From: Ruditapes philippinarum
Lineage: Eukaryota
NCBI RefSeq assembly: GCF_026571515.1
Contig: NW_026867291.1
Coordinates: forward strand, 1 to 64,000
Length of the DNA stretch: 64,000 nucleotides
Direction: 5' to 3'
In this document: positions 50,941 to 64,000 of the stretch, in pieces
Numbering within the stretch: the stretch's first letter is position 1
Layout of the letters: each line of letters begins with the position of its first letter
The notes under the pieces: model-generated
Databases searched by the model: none
What the model saw: only the letters and a program-made list of their open reading frames with translations
Told to the model about the DNA's origin: nothing
Program-made: the position numbers and the translations under genes

Positions 50941-53900
50941 GTTCAAATGCTCTTAGCAAATTATGCACACATTATGTCAAGGCCACTCATAATAAAACCA
51001 GGATGGTAGATGGACTGATTGGTGGACTCATTGTGAGTAAGATCCGTTTCATTACACAAGTAAAAATGTAACTGATTTGTCGTCGCGTCCTTCTACCAAC
51101 CTCCAACTTTGGTCAAGTCAAATTCCCGCTGATGAGTGTACAAACACCGGACCCGCAAACGTGCAAGTATTCTGGCCCTTATGATAAATTTCAGCGACAT
51201 CTATATATATAACAAATATGCGTTATCACTTTGCAAAATGAGTGCAGGACTTCTCAATATACTGATGTTTTTACATTTTATAATTTTACCGTGGAAATTT
51301 TCTTCTGAAATACATGTGCGTAATGCAGAATCAAAAACATATATTTGTGTACGCAGTATCTGGATTTTTTTAGAGAGTATGCAGTATCATAATGTCTTTT
51401 TCCTGTAAGTAATTCGTTTTAAGACATTATTCGTTCAAAGGAAAAATACCAAAGAATGAAAATATATTTGTGAAATAGATTTTACAATAAACTAACTTCC
51501 AGTTGTGTGAAACTTTTAGTTTAATCGAAAATTTCTCAATTTCTGTAACATTTCAACGCCGGGTGTACGCACTATCCAGAATCAAAATCGCATTCAACGC
51601 TAAATACTGACGAGAAAGGGAAGACTTATGTCCAGGCATTTGGAATATTAAAACTAGAAGTAAGGACATCTTTTTTGCAAAAGAAATTAAATTCAAATAT
51701 ATTCTGATTGCTTTACATGACTCGTTTTTAGTTCAAATACCGGTGGAAAAAGTGTTCGCGGTATCAGAATTTTGAGGATGCGCGCGCATTGTATGACCCC
51801 CTTGTATTAGAAATATACTTGTCAACTACTCGCAGCATAAATTACTATTTGTTTACATGTTTAGTTTCTTAGCGTAGGTTAGACCGAAATACCGCATCCG
51901 TTCTGTGTATTCTTATTTTTGTGTTTGAGGTCCTTATCCGAAGACTGACGGAAGGGGCCGAAACGTTACCATTGTACGAAATCCTCGCATACTTCATATC
52001 CATATTCTAAACCCCCGTATACTTCACCACACGTGACGAATCTTCTCAGATAGATTACAGAACGTGCAAATACAACATATGACTTCTACGTAGCGGCGAG
52101 TCTTTGGAACCCCATCCCTAAAAGAAACAAGCAAGCACAAACAAACAGAAATGAAAATATAAAGAATTAAACTATAAATAATAGAAAAAATGGAATAGGC
52201 CTGTCTGAACATCAGTGCTTGTCACTTCTAAAATTTAGTAACTTGATTTTGAAAATTTTAATAGAAATAACACTTAGCATTCACACATATTTGAAAATGG
52301 TAACGGGTGAAGATGTCAGTCATGTTTTTGAGCTGGAGACATTTTCTTTGCATGATAATGAGCGGGAAACGGCAGGTGTGTAAGTTATTCAGGCCTACAT
52401 CAGGTATTTTCAATGGTTTTAATATAGGCGCCAATCGTAGTAAATTCGTGAACGCGCGTATATTTTACTACACACTGTGACATGATTATGGTTATTTATA
52501 TAATATCCATTCAGATTGACATTTGACTGTAACAGAAATAATGTTTTGAAGTTAATGTGAATGAGTTGTTCACATTTTTATGCGTACAGCATAGTACAAT
52601 ATAGTTAAAGTCTTTTAAAAGAGTAACAGTAGATCAGCGTTGAAATACGGTCTTTAAAAGGGGTTAAATAACAGGATAAACCCGTCGGCATAGTGGAGCG
52701 GTCTCTTGTTGCAGGTTTTATTTTAATGTTATCTTCGTTTACTTTTGGAAATTTATCATAAGCCTGAACTCTTATTATAACATGAAAATCGTGATAACAT
52801 TTTCCAACTTCTGGCAAATAGACGTCTTTGTGGATTTCAAAAGATAGAGCTATATTTATTTTAGAAAACTTTTTTGTTTACTGCCTGTGTTCCATTTCAG
52901 GTCTTACTAGAGAAATACAAGATATTTTGTTTCTTGCATTAAGTGTGCTTGTTACAAAAATAGGACTTGAAAGTACACGCTGACATAATTTTCATTTTCG
53001 GAAAATACTTATCAATGATATAAACATCTGCCTAAATTATAAAAAAATCAAAGCTATATTACTATACTTTTATTTATCTTGTACACGAATTGAAATTTCC
53101 AAAAAAAAAATTGTTAAATGAAATGAACAATTGTGTTTACTGTTCAATCCTACTTGAATCTTTAAATATGCTTTTTTCCGAGGAAAGTTGTACTTTTTTT
53201 AATTTTGGGATTTATATGTGTTTACTTATGTTTCGAACTGTGAAGAAATTCTATATTGTGTTCAAGTTATTCCAATTAGGCTACCCTTGACAAACGAATT
53301 TCAAAGAAACAAACACTCAGTATATAAGCGGTAACAATTTAATATTTTAATTTGTAGAACATGCCATTTACATATCATATCATATATCATATACAAACAA
53401 AACTATATAATATATTGTGTATGTACATACATTTTATTATCTGCCCTATAATAAAACAAGATATTTCTATTCACATCTGCTCGTTACAATGCAGTGTTAT
53501 AATATTATTATCTTTAATACTTTCGTTTATCATATTTGCACATTTGCATTTAAAGGCGCAGATTGCCTCTGAAACTATTAAAATTCTCTTCCTCATGAGC
53601 AAATAACATTTACATTGTGGTTTTTGAGCATGTTAGAGGCTTATAACCTGAAAAATGTTGTACCAAATGTGAAATAAAAGTAGCAAAATGGAAACAACGT
53701 AGTACTTTGACTTCCATACAAAGTAATAAATCACTGTTATAATAATTCACAGAAAGTAACAGAAGGAAAATACGATTCAGGTGAGTGACCAATTGTACAA
53801 ACTATAACAAATTTTGAGAAAAGTAATAAGGCATATCTGGGGCATAAAGGACCTTTAAATTAAACATTTTTTGCAGAGATTCCATTAACAAATTGTGTTA

Positions 53901-54727
53901 TCAACTTGCCTCAACAACCTATATCGGGGCCCCATAATTATGTACAGTAGTGTCTCTTTGCATTTTTTTATGCTTTTAGCACCACGCCATTTAAGTCCAT
54001 CGAAATGTTCCTTGTTGACTGCCCTGCCCTTCTTATGAAACATTTATCTGCTTGTTACATAATGATATTTAAACCTTTAATCAATCTTTAGCATATATAT
54101 ATTATACGTCCGTTTTTTGAGCAACACTAGTTAATACGAAAATATCCTTAAGCACAAAACATAGAAATATACAAAGTTTAATGAGCAATATGTAATAAAA
54201 ATACGCCCTGAACAAATGTTAGAAAAAAATATCGACCATTCCATACAATGTTGCAATTTTTTAAACATCTATTTAGAGTTTTTAATGCAATATGTTGCAT
54301 CACAAATTGCATAATCAATGTTGCAATTTTTAAACATTTATTAAGAATTTTCTTTAATTCAATTATAAAAATATAGATCTAGACCACAGACGAGATATTC
54401 ACGAACTTTAACATCTTCTATAAAGATTATAAAAATACTCTTTTTGATGAACTTGCATCAAGGAATAAATACATAATTAACAAAAAGATACACACACATA
54501 TATATAGTAAATGAGATCTTTTACTTTTCTAGTTAAAATAGTCTGCCATTTTTATAACAATATTTTACATATTTTGCATATTATTTTACAAAATAATTAA
54601 TCAGTTTATGAATATTTATAAAGATGAATGCATTTATAAATGAAGAATATATAAATGAATGACTTCATAAATGAATGACTATGAATTTTGGCCGTTGAGC
54701 AATAACACTCCCCCCCCCCCCCCCAAC

Positions 54728-56918
54728 TCAAATTTCAATAAGACCAAAAACATGAGTCCATGGGTCTAAGGACAAAGAATGTGATGATACGGTCATAGAA
54801 AATGATTCCCCTTGACGTACATCTACGACCTTCTGAAAATTCAAGGATATCGCAAAGGAGTTCGGGAAACCAATGCAGGTCTGTTTGACATGAGCTATGA
54901 TTCTCTTGTATCCGTCTCTGTTTTTAAATATCCTATATTCAAAAACCCTGAAAAATAAAAATATCTCGACGTAAGAATAGTTACAAGATATACAGATTAT
55001 CAAGTTATTTCAAAGTATTACCATTTCATTAACCTTTCACCTCATATAGACGTGTTTTGGCGGCTTTACCCCCCCCCCCCCACCCCACCTTGAGGCTTCA
55101 AACAGTGAAAAAAATGCCCTATTTAGGCCCCAAACACTTTTTCGTTTGAGAATTTTTTTTTTTTTAAGTGAGCACTTTTTCAGCCCAACCCCCTATCAAA
55201 AAGGTACATCAAGGGGCCAAGAACATTTTGGACATGTGACAGGCTAAAAATGGCCTCAGGTCGATCTTAAGGTAACGTGTAACCAACGCTGAAAAGCCTT
55301 TTACTCTATCTCAATCCATTGAAAAGTTGCAGCACTTTGAAATCAGTTTGATAAAAAAACAATGCAAAATAGTGATTTTTGGCGTTGTCATGGTAACAGG
55401 AAATTTACGATAGAGCATGCTGTTATAGAGGCTTGGCCCAGTCAAGATTTGTGCCAAGTTTCATAAGTATTAAAGCATTCTTCATAGTTTCATAGCAGTT
55501 TCAACTATTAACCCATTACACGATATAACACGCCTTGTATCGCCTTTTTCACCCCACCCTTTTTGTTGTCTCAAATGGTGAAAAAATGCCTTATTTAGGC
55601 CACCAGCACTTGTTTTTGTTTTGAGAAATGCGACCACTTTTTCGGCGCGCCCCGTTATCTAAAGGATACATCAGGGGGATGTGCCCCCTTCTGTTTGGGT
55701 GGTTTGAAGGGGGCGGCAACTCCCTTATAGCCAAGAAAACTTTGGATTTGTGAGAGGCTAAAAATGACCCCAGATCAATCATAAGGTAATGTGTAACCAA
55801 CGTTGAAAAGCCTTTGCCTCTAACTCAATCAACTGAGAAGTTGCAGCACTTAAAAATCAATTGTGATTGAAAAAAATAACGCAAAATAGTGATTTTTTAG
55901 CAATTGTGTTGTCCCCTCGATGCCATGGTAACAGCAAATTTAAGACTGAGCACGTTGGTACAAAGTCAATGGAGCAGTCAACATTTGTGCCAAGTTTGAT
56001 TAGTATTGAAGCAGTTTTTTTTTATAGTTTTATAGCAATTTGAACTTGTAACGGGAGACTTTTCAATGAAAACAGCCATTTTTCACAAAATGCTCATGAA
56101 GTAATGGGTAAACAGGTGGCTTTTCAATGAAAACGGCCATTTTTTCACAATATGCTCATGCTGTAAAAGGTTAATGAATGATTGAATTAATCAATTAATT
56201 AATCCAGTCATTAATAAATTAATTTATTTATTTATTTTATAGTAATACCAACAGTAAATTAAGTTTATTGCCCCTCTATCGATTTTCGAGTTGACTGGGG
56301 TTTATAGATAAATATACCTTTGGTAATGATTATAAGCTATGTACAATTAATTTATAGTCATCAAAGTACACTGCTCAGTTTTAATTGATACTCACTCGCC
56401 ATCCGTGCAATTATTTTTCTTGAACTGTATATTTGTGTACAAATAATATGTTCCTCCACTTTGAACGTGCAACCCGTTGTTGTTTGTGGAAAAGATGTCA
56501 CCATTTGTTATATCTTCTTGCCATTCAATAGCATTGGATTTTGCTACAATGATAAGAACAATATTTTATTCAGAATCCATGCTATTCGCTATCAGTTTCT
56601 CTACTTGTTATAGGGTTTGTAAGCGAACAGCATGAATCCTGATCAGACTGCGCGGATGCGCAGGCTGGTCTGGATCCATGCTGGTCGCAAACCTATTACG
56701 TTGGTTTTGTCATGACGCGGCTCATTTTATGAAACGATAGGTCTAGATGAAAATATTAACCTATATTTTTTATTTAAGAGATAATAAACAATGTAAGTCT
56801 CAGCAGTTTTTATTGGCTATTTAACACCAGCTTGACCATAGGATCAATTTTGAGAAATATTAAGATGGGCATATTACCTAAAATATATCTACATAAAGCG
56901 ATAAAATGAAATTGCTGC

Positions 56919-56950
<32 letters not shown>

Positions 56951-59158
56951 GATTAAATGCCGAACATGTTAGTTTTCGGAAAAAAAATCGGGCAGTTTTA
57001 ATTTTTCGAAATCCAGTGGAATTTTTCCAAATCCGATTAATATATATACATGTATAATATAGAAATAAACTGCAGGTCATAACGATTACTAAATTTAAAT
57101 TCTGATTGAATTAAAAAAAAGATGTGTATGTAGTCTATAGTATATGCCATTATGTCTTTTCAATCTGTCAATTCACGGATCCATTAATTACTTTATTTGC
57201 ATTTTTCAGTGTTATGTCAGTAGCATTGACTTTTAATTTGATCAAATGTCGTAAAGTATCATTTTTGCCATGTTTTAATACTAGATAAATTAGCTTTGCA
57301 ACAGGGTACGCTCTTTCTATGCTAACTTTTTGTACGAAGTTTTAGTAACACCAACATTGTTTGAGTCATTTTGTGACTCTCCAGGTTTTCTGAACAGGTG
57401 CCCCTTCCGGCCTAAGCGGGAACCTGAGTCGGGGTTTTTTTGTAATAGGGTTCTCGTTTGTGCCTGAAATAATGTCCAGAGGCACGTCTGGGGTCTTCTT
57501 GTACAAAAAAGCTTGAAAGTTATCATATCACCATTAATTTAAGATTTTATCAATAAAACACATATATCTTTTATTCTAATTGAAAATAAAATGCCTAAAG
57601 TAGTAGTATAAAAACAAAATACCTGTCCCTTTTAGTTGCATAGAAGAACGTTTCTGGCTTAGCAATTGATTCAATAGGTTGTTATTCAGGGCAACACGGT
57701 TTTGCAAAATTGTTCTCCCAAAAATATCTGGCGGCGATGTTGAAGTAATGTTTCCCTCTGACTTATTGCCGTTATGTTGAAGTCGAATAACTTCATCTTC
57801 CAACTTAAAAATCCCTAGAATAAGCATAATTGATCATTAGCTGCTGGATGTATGGTGGCTGATTTGTGCCATGTCGTATTTCGCTCTGCTTGGCGACAGG
57901 CGGAAAACACAAAAATACGACATGTGTTATTCGCCTTGCCCTCCGCTGAGCTAAAATACGACGATTCACAAATCAGCCACCATATGGATGCGCTATTTAT
58001 TACTAGTTCATACTTTGAAAATGTATGATATAAATAAAAGAAATCGCACACGTCTTTTTGTTTGATTTTCCGACTTAATATCGTTGTATAGTTTTTCGAA
58101 CGTGATAATCTTATGACTTACTGTTGCCAAGGTCTTGAATATCCTTGAAGTATGATTGCAATTTCTGTGAAACAAATAAAAAATAGTTTAGTTTCACACA
58201 GACTTAGAATATAATTAATATTGAAATCATTTTGTTTACTTTCAAAACATATTTGAAGCATTGCAATTAATTTAGAACAGATATCAGTCATAAAATCAAA
58301 TTATTCTGTACATAAATCTAGAAATCTGAAAAGATAATTAATATGTTAATAAACTTAACATGAACTACCTCTGTAAATGTGTCTTTGAACGTTGTGAAGT
58401 CATCAAATACATTCTCCTGACAACATTCCAATTCGTCTGGGTCACCAAAACCTTTCCTATCGTATGAATTTCTTCCTTTTGCCTGACACTTATCACAGAA
58501 AATGTGTTTTCGTATTATTCCTTTAGCTATTTGTGAACGAAGTTCCCTGAACATAAAGTTTTTAAAGGCCTCTTCCATCGCCATGGTCGATAATGTACCG
58601 GAGGATTTATCATTCGTATCTGGACTGTTTCCCATTTTAAACGAAACCAAAATAACTGGCAGAACAGAAATGACACAAATGATCAACACGATGCATAGAA
58701 ACGCTAGAATTATGAACATTTTTCTTAAATTCTTGTAGTTTTTCTTGAGTTTTATAATTTCATCGCACTCAGACCTGAAGAGTCTTCTACATTCTTCTCG
58801 TATCAAGTCATCTCCTAGCAACGGTGCACGTTCGTGTGCATTTGCAAAAAGACCCCTGACTAAAAATTTCCGAAATGTGCCTTTGGGAAAAAGATTTTCC
58901 CCCCATTTTTAAAAATTTCAATTTTGACTTTTAACAACACGTTTTTTCTGCCCCTGTAAACCCCATGAAATTTTCGCCTACGGCGGCATCCCGATATCCT
59001 GCCCCCTTGCAAAAAGGGGATGCTTTTGGATTTTTTGGCGGGTGGCGGAAGGACGGGCGCCAAACCCGAAAAAATGGACACCCTCCCCTCTGTTCGGTAC
59101 TCCGGGAAAAAATTTTTTGTGTTCGAATCCCCCTCTTTTTGTATAAAAAATTTAGCAT
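54728..59158 (-). CDS. TNF-superfamily ligand, paralog 2 (5 exons; 5' part of exon 1 frameshifted as assembled)
   Basis: Exons ~59158-58369, 58164-58122, 57814-57623, 56543-56396 and 54947-54728. Internal exon sizes (43/192/148) and phases are identical to paralog 1. THD AIEWQ...NNNGLHVQSGGTYYLYTNIQF...HVFGLIEI*. The frame is clean from ~58845 downstream; the start codon is uncertain. Confidence 0.82.
55029..56174. mobile_element. Nested piggyBac-like (TTAA) MITEs in intron 4 of TNF paralog 2
   Basis: Outer TTAA|CCTTTCAC...GTAAAAGG|TTAA (55029-56174). Inner TTAA|CCCATTAC...GTAATGGG|TAAA (55508-56112). The two bodies are homologous. Confidence 0.8.
56574..56724. mobile_element. MITE family P, half copy
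   Basis: Ends ggttttgtcatgacgcggctca. Confidence 0.85.
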
Positions 59159-59465
59159 GTCCTCCTTTGAAACTTTCTAATAGCAAGTCTAAATCACTGT
59201 GTTGTTTTTGTTGTTGTTGTTGTTGTTGATGATGATGTGCAAATCTAGCACTAATAATTATACGGAGCATATAAGATTTTAATGTGTTTATTTTTTTGTA
59301 AGATATATAGAACTTTCATAAACTAAAAAAACGAACAACTGTAATTTCCTTCTAATAGACAGATTCTGGCAAACTTCTCTCTCCCGCTCACTACAACGTA
59401 TGATAAGTAAACCCTGCAAGAATGTAAGTATAGAAAAAATTAGCATCGCTTGACCTAGATTTTTT

Positions 59466-59600
59466 GAAAGTGAAACTATAAATTACTATTGCCCGGTACA
59501 TTTTTCTGTTTCCGCAGTAATTTATATGAGTGAAGAAAAAAGAAATTGAACATTTTTAGGAAAATTATGTAAATAAGTATGCGGATATTTTTCTGTTTCC
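59466..59600. promoter_or_regulatory. ISRE/IRF-type motifs upstream of TNF paralog 2
   Basis: GAAAGTGAAACT at 59466-59477 matches the ISRE consensus GAAANNGAAACT. TTTCTGTTTCC (GGAAACAGAAA on the minus strand) occurs twice, at ~59502 and ~59590. Confidence 0.45.
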
Positions 59601-59960
59601 CCAGTTATATTAATGATAGATAAAAAGATAGTAACTGAATATTTTGGACACACTCATATAAATAAATATGAAATATCATACAAGAGATATTATACATATT
59701 GTTTTTAGTCCACAGCATTATATATTTAAATGACACGAATATTCGTGTGTAATCTTGATACAAACTGCACACTATAGTTTGTGTTCATTAAAATATAATA
59801 TAATATTAGATCAGATAAATTCGAGCCATAAAAAACACACGCACAAGCCAACGGAATGATTTCTACAAATTGTGTACTAACAGTGTAAATGAATGCATTT
59901 AGTTTGATTTTCGGAAATAAACGATTTAATACCCTTTGTAGTTTATCTCATTGGTTAAGC

Positions 59961-60342
59961 AATAGAAAGAGCACCGAAACACGAGGCTATCTGATTTGTA
60001 CGAGGGGGCGTAGCCCCCGAGTATTAATCAGATTGCCGAGTGTTTTGGTGTTCTTTCTCTTTTGTATCATAGTCAAACATAAAAGCACGTTCCCTGTTGT
60101 CACAATATGAAACCCCGGCAAAAATGAACCAATGAACGAACATCTGAATATGACATTTCTATCGCTTTCCTTTTTTTCTGCCGTCACAGTATGTAAACCC
60201 CAGCAAAAATGAGCCAATCAATGGGCTAGCTCTGGAGTGCAGGTAACTAATACCCGCACTCCAGTTAACGCATTGTGCATGTATATGTATACGATTTAAC
60301 CCTGACACATTTTCAACAGATAGGTCTCCAAACTATGATACA
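59961..60342 (+). mobile_element. Dispersed ~380-bp non-autonomous element, copy 2
   Basis: Homologous to 43974-44353. Confidence 0.85.
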
Positions 60343-60361
60343 ACAAAATGATATAATTTAA

Positions 60362-60598
60362 TGAGCCGCGTCATGACAAAACCAACATAGTGTGTTTGCG
60401 ACCAGCATGGATCCAGACAAGCTTTCGCATCCGCACAGTCTGATCAGGATCCATGTTGTTCGCTATCAGTTTCTCTACTCGCAATAGGGTTTGAAAGCGA
60501 ACAGCATGGATCCTGATCAGACTGTGCGGATGCGCAGGCTAGTCCGGATCTATGCTGGTCGCAATGACACTATGTTGGTTTTGTCATGACACGGCTCA
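60362..60598. mobile_element. MITE family P, full copy
   Basis: TGAGCCGCGTCATGACAAAACCAACATAGTG ... CACTATGTTGGTTTTGTCATGACACGGCTCA. Confidence 0.93.
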
Positions 60599-61255
60599 AA
60601 TTAAATACTTCAATATGATAATCGATTGATAGAAGCCTCCGATTTACCAAGCTTCAACATAGACATCAATTTAGGTATAATATTCAATTTAGTCTATTCA
60701 ATTTATCCGGCAAACACATTTAACAGTAACATGCATTTATAAATATTTTAGATTTGTCATAAATTCATATTTTTTCGCCAAAAAAAGCAAACTGTATAAA
60801 TAACAACATTTGCATTAAGAGATTGAAATGAAAAGCTGTTGCGAATGTCGATTAAAATAGTTTATTTCTTGCGTCAAGGTTAGCAAGCTAAATGTAGAAT
60901 TTATATATAAGCTTTAGATCTATATTGCTGTCAGCTGTGCCCTGTAATATTGATTACCGTCCAGTTGTTTTTTATACGATTATGTATGTTACGTGTTGTC
61001 TTAATATTTGCAGGGCAAAACTGTATCTTAATTTAATTTTAAGACAAATTTTCAGTACTAAAAAGCGTAACCATTTAATTTGCTTGCAAGATAACGAGTG
61101 GCATATTTAGCATAAATGACGTACATTCTTTCCGTTTACTCTCAGTTATGATATTCATTAAATTTTACGATTATATATCCCCCACATTAGCATGACAGAA
61201 TTCTAATATAATAGCAATCATCAGATTGATTAGTTAGTTTTCTTGCATTGAAATT

Positions 61256-61477
61256 TGAGCCGCGTCATGACAAAACCAACATAATGCGTTTGCGACCAGC
61301 ATGGATCCAGACCAGCCTGCGCATCCGCGCAGTCTGATCAGGATCCATGTTGTTCGCTTACAAACCCTATAACAAGTAGAGAAACTATTAGCGAACAGCA
61401 TGGATCTTGGTCAGACTGCGCGGATGCGCAGGCTGGTCTGGATCCATGCTGGTCGCAGACCCATTATGTTAGTTTTC
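61256..61477. mobile_element. MITE family P, right end truncated
   Basis: Left TIR is intact and the body is palindromic. ttagttttcttgcattg occurs on both sides. Confidence 0.88.
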
Positions 61478-62661
61478 TTGCATTGCAATATGTACCGTAG
61501 CCTTACTGGGATTATTCAGGACGTGTACGTATTATATGGGCACGTAGTAGATTACACATGCTTTCTGTAAAGGTATAACGTATACACGTGATGACAATTA
61601 ATGTAGTTGACAACACGTTCACCAATCAAAACGTGTGCATATACCATCTACTACGTTCGCATGCAGTCTGCTAGCACTTGCAAATGAAATACTGACACGT
61701 GCGCATGCGCACGTGATAATAAAATATTTCAAATTTCCCATTTATACCTATAAGTATAATATCAAAAATGAGTTTAAAATGCGCACAAAGTAAAATTTGG
61801 ATATAAAAAAAATTGAAATTAATTAAAGCAAGGTCACAAATGCATTTTCCGAAAATCCAGCATTTATTATTAAAAAGTATGTGAAAGCTTTTTTTTTCAA
61901 ATGTCAATAAAAATAGGAAAAAACTTAAACTTCTTGACTTGCAATAAGCGCTCAGTTTAGTATGATAATGATGCAGTCTACTTTGTGATGGAAATAGTAT
62001 AAACAATGACAAACCAAAACAAAACATGACACACTTACCTTGATTATTAACTCCGGAATAAGCGCGCGCAAAAAATTAATATGATACATAAAATTGTTAC
62101 TATCATATTTCGTTACGCTTGTATTATTTTCTTTAGACATATATTCATTTTTAGAAAAGCACATAACCTATTTAGCTGGTTTATAATGCGTTTAATTTTG
62201 TTATCTACATACTATTATGTAGAGGTAAACCAGGGTCATGATCAGGTAAAGCAGGAAGTATATTGAATGTAAATCGATGTAATAAAAAATATTTGCCTTA
62301 AATCACTCTTTAATCAAATATTGTACTGTAATGGTTTCTTGAAATTGATTAACTGTGTGATTGACCTTATTCCGTGAATATATGTATACAAGCCTATTGA
62401 ACATGTTTTTATTAGTTCTCAAGGTCAATTATATCAAAATTTGCAAACATTATTCTGAATTCAAAATGCTTTACAGCAGTCCCGGCGAAAAATATGCTAT
62501 TGATTTTGAATAGCTTTGCTCCGGAATTAAAAATATTTTTCCCTAACTTATCCGGGGGTACAAACTATTACAGTAACAGCTTCGAAAGTAAGCGCAATAG
62601 GTTGACTTTGTAGCTGTGCCCAGTAGTGCAACGTTAATCTATAACAGTAAAGAAGAATTCT

Positions 62662-62878
62662 NNNNNNNNNNNNNNNNNNNNNNNNNNNNNNNNNNNNNNN
62701 NNNNNNNNNNNNNNNNNNNNNNNNNNNNNNNNNNNNNNNNNNNNNNNNNNNNNNNNNNNNNNNNNNNNNNNNNNNNNNNNNNNNNNNNNNNNNNNNNNNN
62801 NNNNNNNNNNNNNNNNNNNNNNNNNNNNNNNNNNNNNNNNNNNNNNNNNNNNNNNNNNNNNNNNNNNNNNNNNNNNNN
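62662..62878. other. Assembly gap (217 N)
   Basis: Run of n. Confidence 1.
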
Positions 62879-64000
62879 TGAAAAAAAATAACACAAAAAA
62901 CAGGCACATTTGCGGGTTCCATATATTAAGTCAAAAGTTGCAAAAACGCAAATTTTAGATAAACAAATATGCACCCCTAAGTTTTCTGCATTTCATCATG
63001 CACGGGCACACGTGCTGAAAGTAGTAACCTTGATAACAGGGTAAATCTATATACAAAAGGTAGCATGAAGTCCAGTCACTGTTGTAAAAATGTAAGAGTC
63101 TATGTTCTCAGTAGCAAGATATCTTGTTTCGTACAATTAACGAGATTAATTAATCTTATTATGATTTTCAATTCGTTGAATTAAAAACATTCAAACTTTT
63201 CTTGTTTATATCAATCAAGGGATTTAGAATACAATTTTATGTACAAGTTAGAGTTTATAAAAAGCATTTACAATATTAAATGGTAAAGAATGGTTCGACC
63301 ACTTTAATGAAGTAAATGCTTACTACTGAACACTAATAACCAATTTATTGAGTGCAATTATTTTTTTTTATAAAACTGTCGATTTTTACTGGACTGATTT
63401 ACCAACGTTTATGTGTTACCATTCATTAGAAATACTGCATATATTTAGATAAGAAAATAATTTCAAACATTAAAAATAAATAATACTTTAAAATATTCTT
63501 TATGTTTGCTTTAGATCAGCTGACATAGCACTTTTTAATTTTGCATATTTTACAATATACATAGCTGCTAATAAAAAAAAAAAGTGTAACTGTTTATACC
63601 ACAAAGCTAAAAAAATGTTAATACGATAACAAGACTAGAAGATGTCCTTGACATATTTGTACTTTCAGTTTCACAGGATCTAGGTTAATTGTACCATGTG
63701 TTACGAAGTACTTACATATTTTTCAGACTCCAGCATTTTTTCCCACTCGCTAGCTAAAATATAAGGCGGGAAACATGTCAAATAACATATCAAAGCATAA
63801 GCACGAGTATTATTGTACATTTAATAGTTAAAAGTAAATGCCCCTTGTTAAGAGAGTAATAAGTAAAATTATGGATTGATATCAGTTAAAAGGGTATATC
63901 AACTACATCTTATGATTTTTTTTAGACAATATAAAATCGGTTAAATATGTTTAGATTAATCATATTTTATTGATTTTTCACTTCTATACAATGTCACGAG

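Noticed and set aside
62548-62974. ORFs containing X runs
   Set aside because: Artefacts of the N gap.

Overview
AT-rich, intron-containing animal genomic DNA, not prokaryotic. The repeat landscape (palindromic MITEs, tRNA-derived SINEs, RTE-X-like LINE) suggests a bivalve mollusc, possibly a venerid clam; this is inference. The window looks like an innate-immune gene cluster built by local duplication. (1) A ~10-13 kb tandem duplication (1035-10800 / 11370-24220) carries a single-coding-exon gene for a CARD/death-fold-like + helical + C-terminal two-TM protein. It has one intact copy (16468-17880), one copy truncated by deletion (2054-3121) and a 3' fragment (15890-16170). (2) Two five-exon TNF-superfamily ligand genes lie on the minus strand (25554-31828 and 54728-~59158), rebuilt by hand with consistent GT-AG phases. 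(3) Between them is a three-exon Ly6/three-finger GPI-type gene on the plus strand (38341-40561). Notable details: a 61-bp minisatellite copies the start-codon region of TNF paralog 1 into a stack of uORFs; the two TNF paralogs have STAT-type versus IRF-type upstream motifs; a DD34D mariner contains an intron; a LINE is flanked by a ~200-bp duplication; and there are several foldback and nested MITEs. There is an assembly gap at 62662-62878. No searches were run, so all family calls rest on motif recognition.
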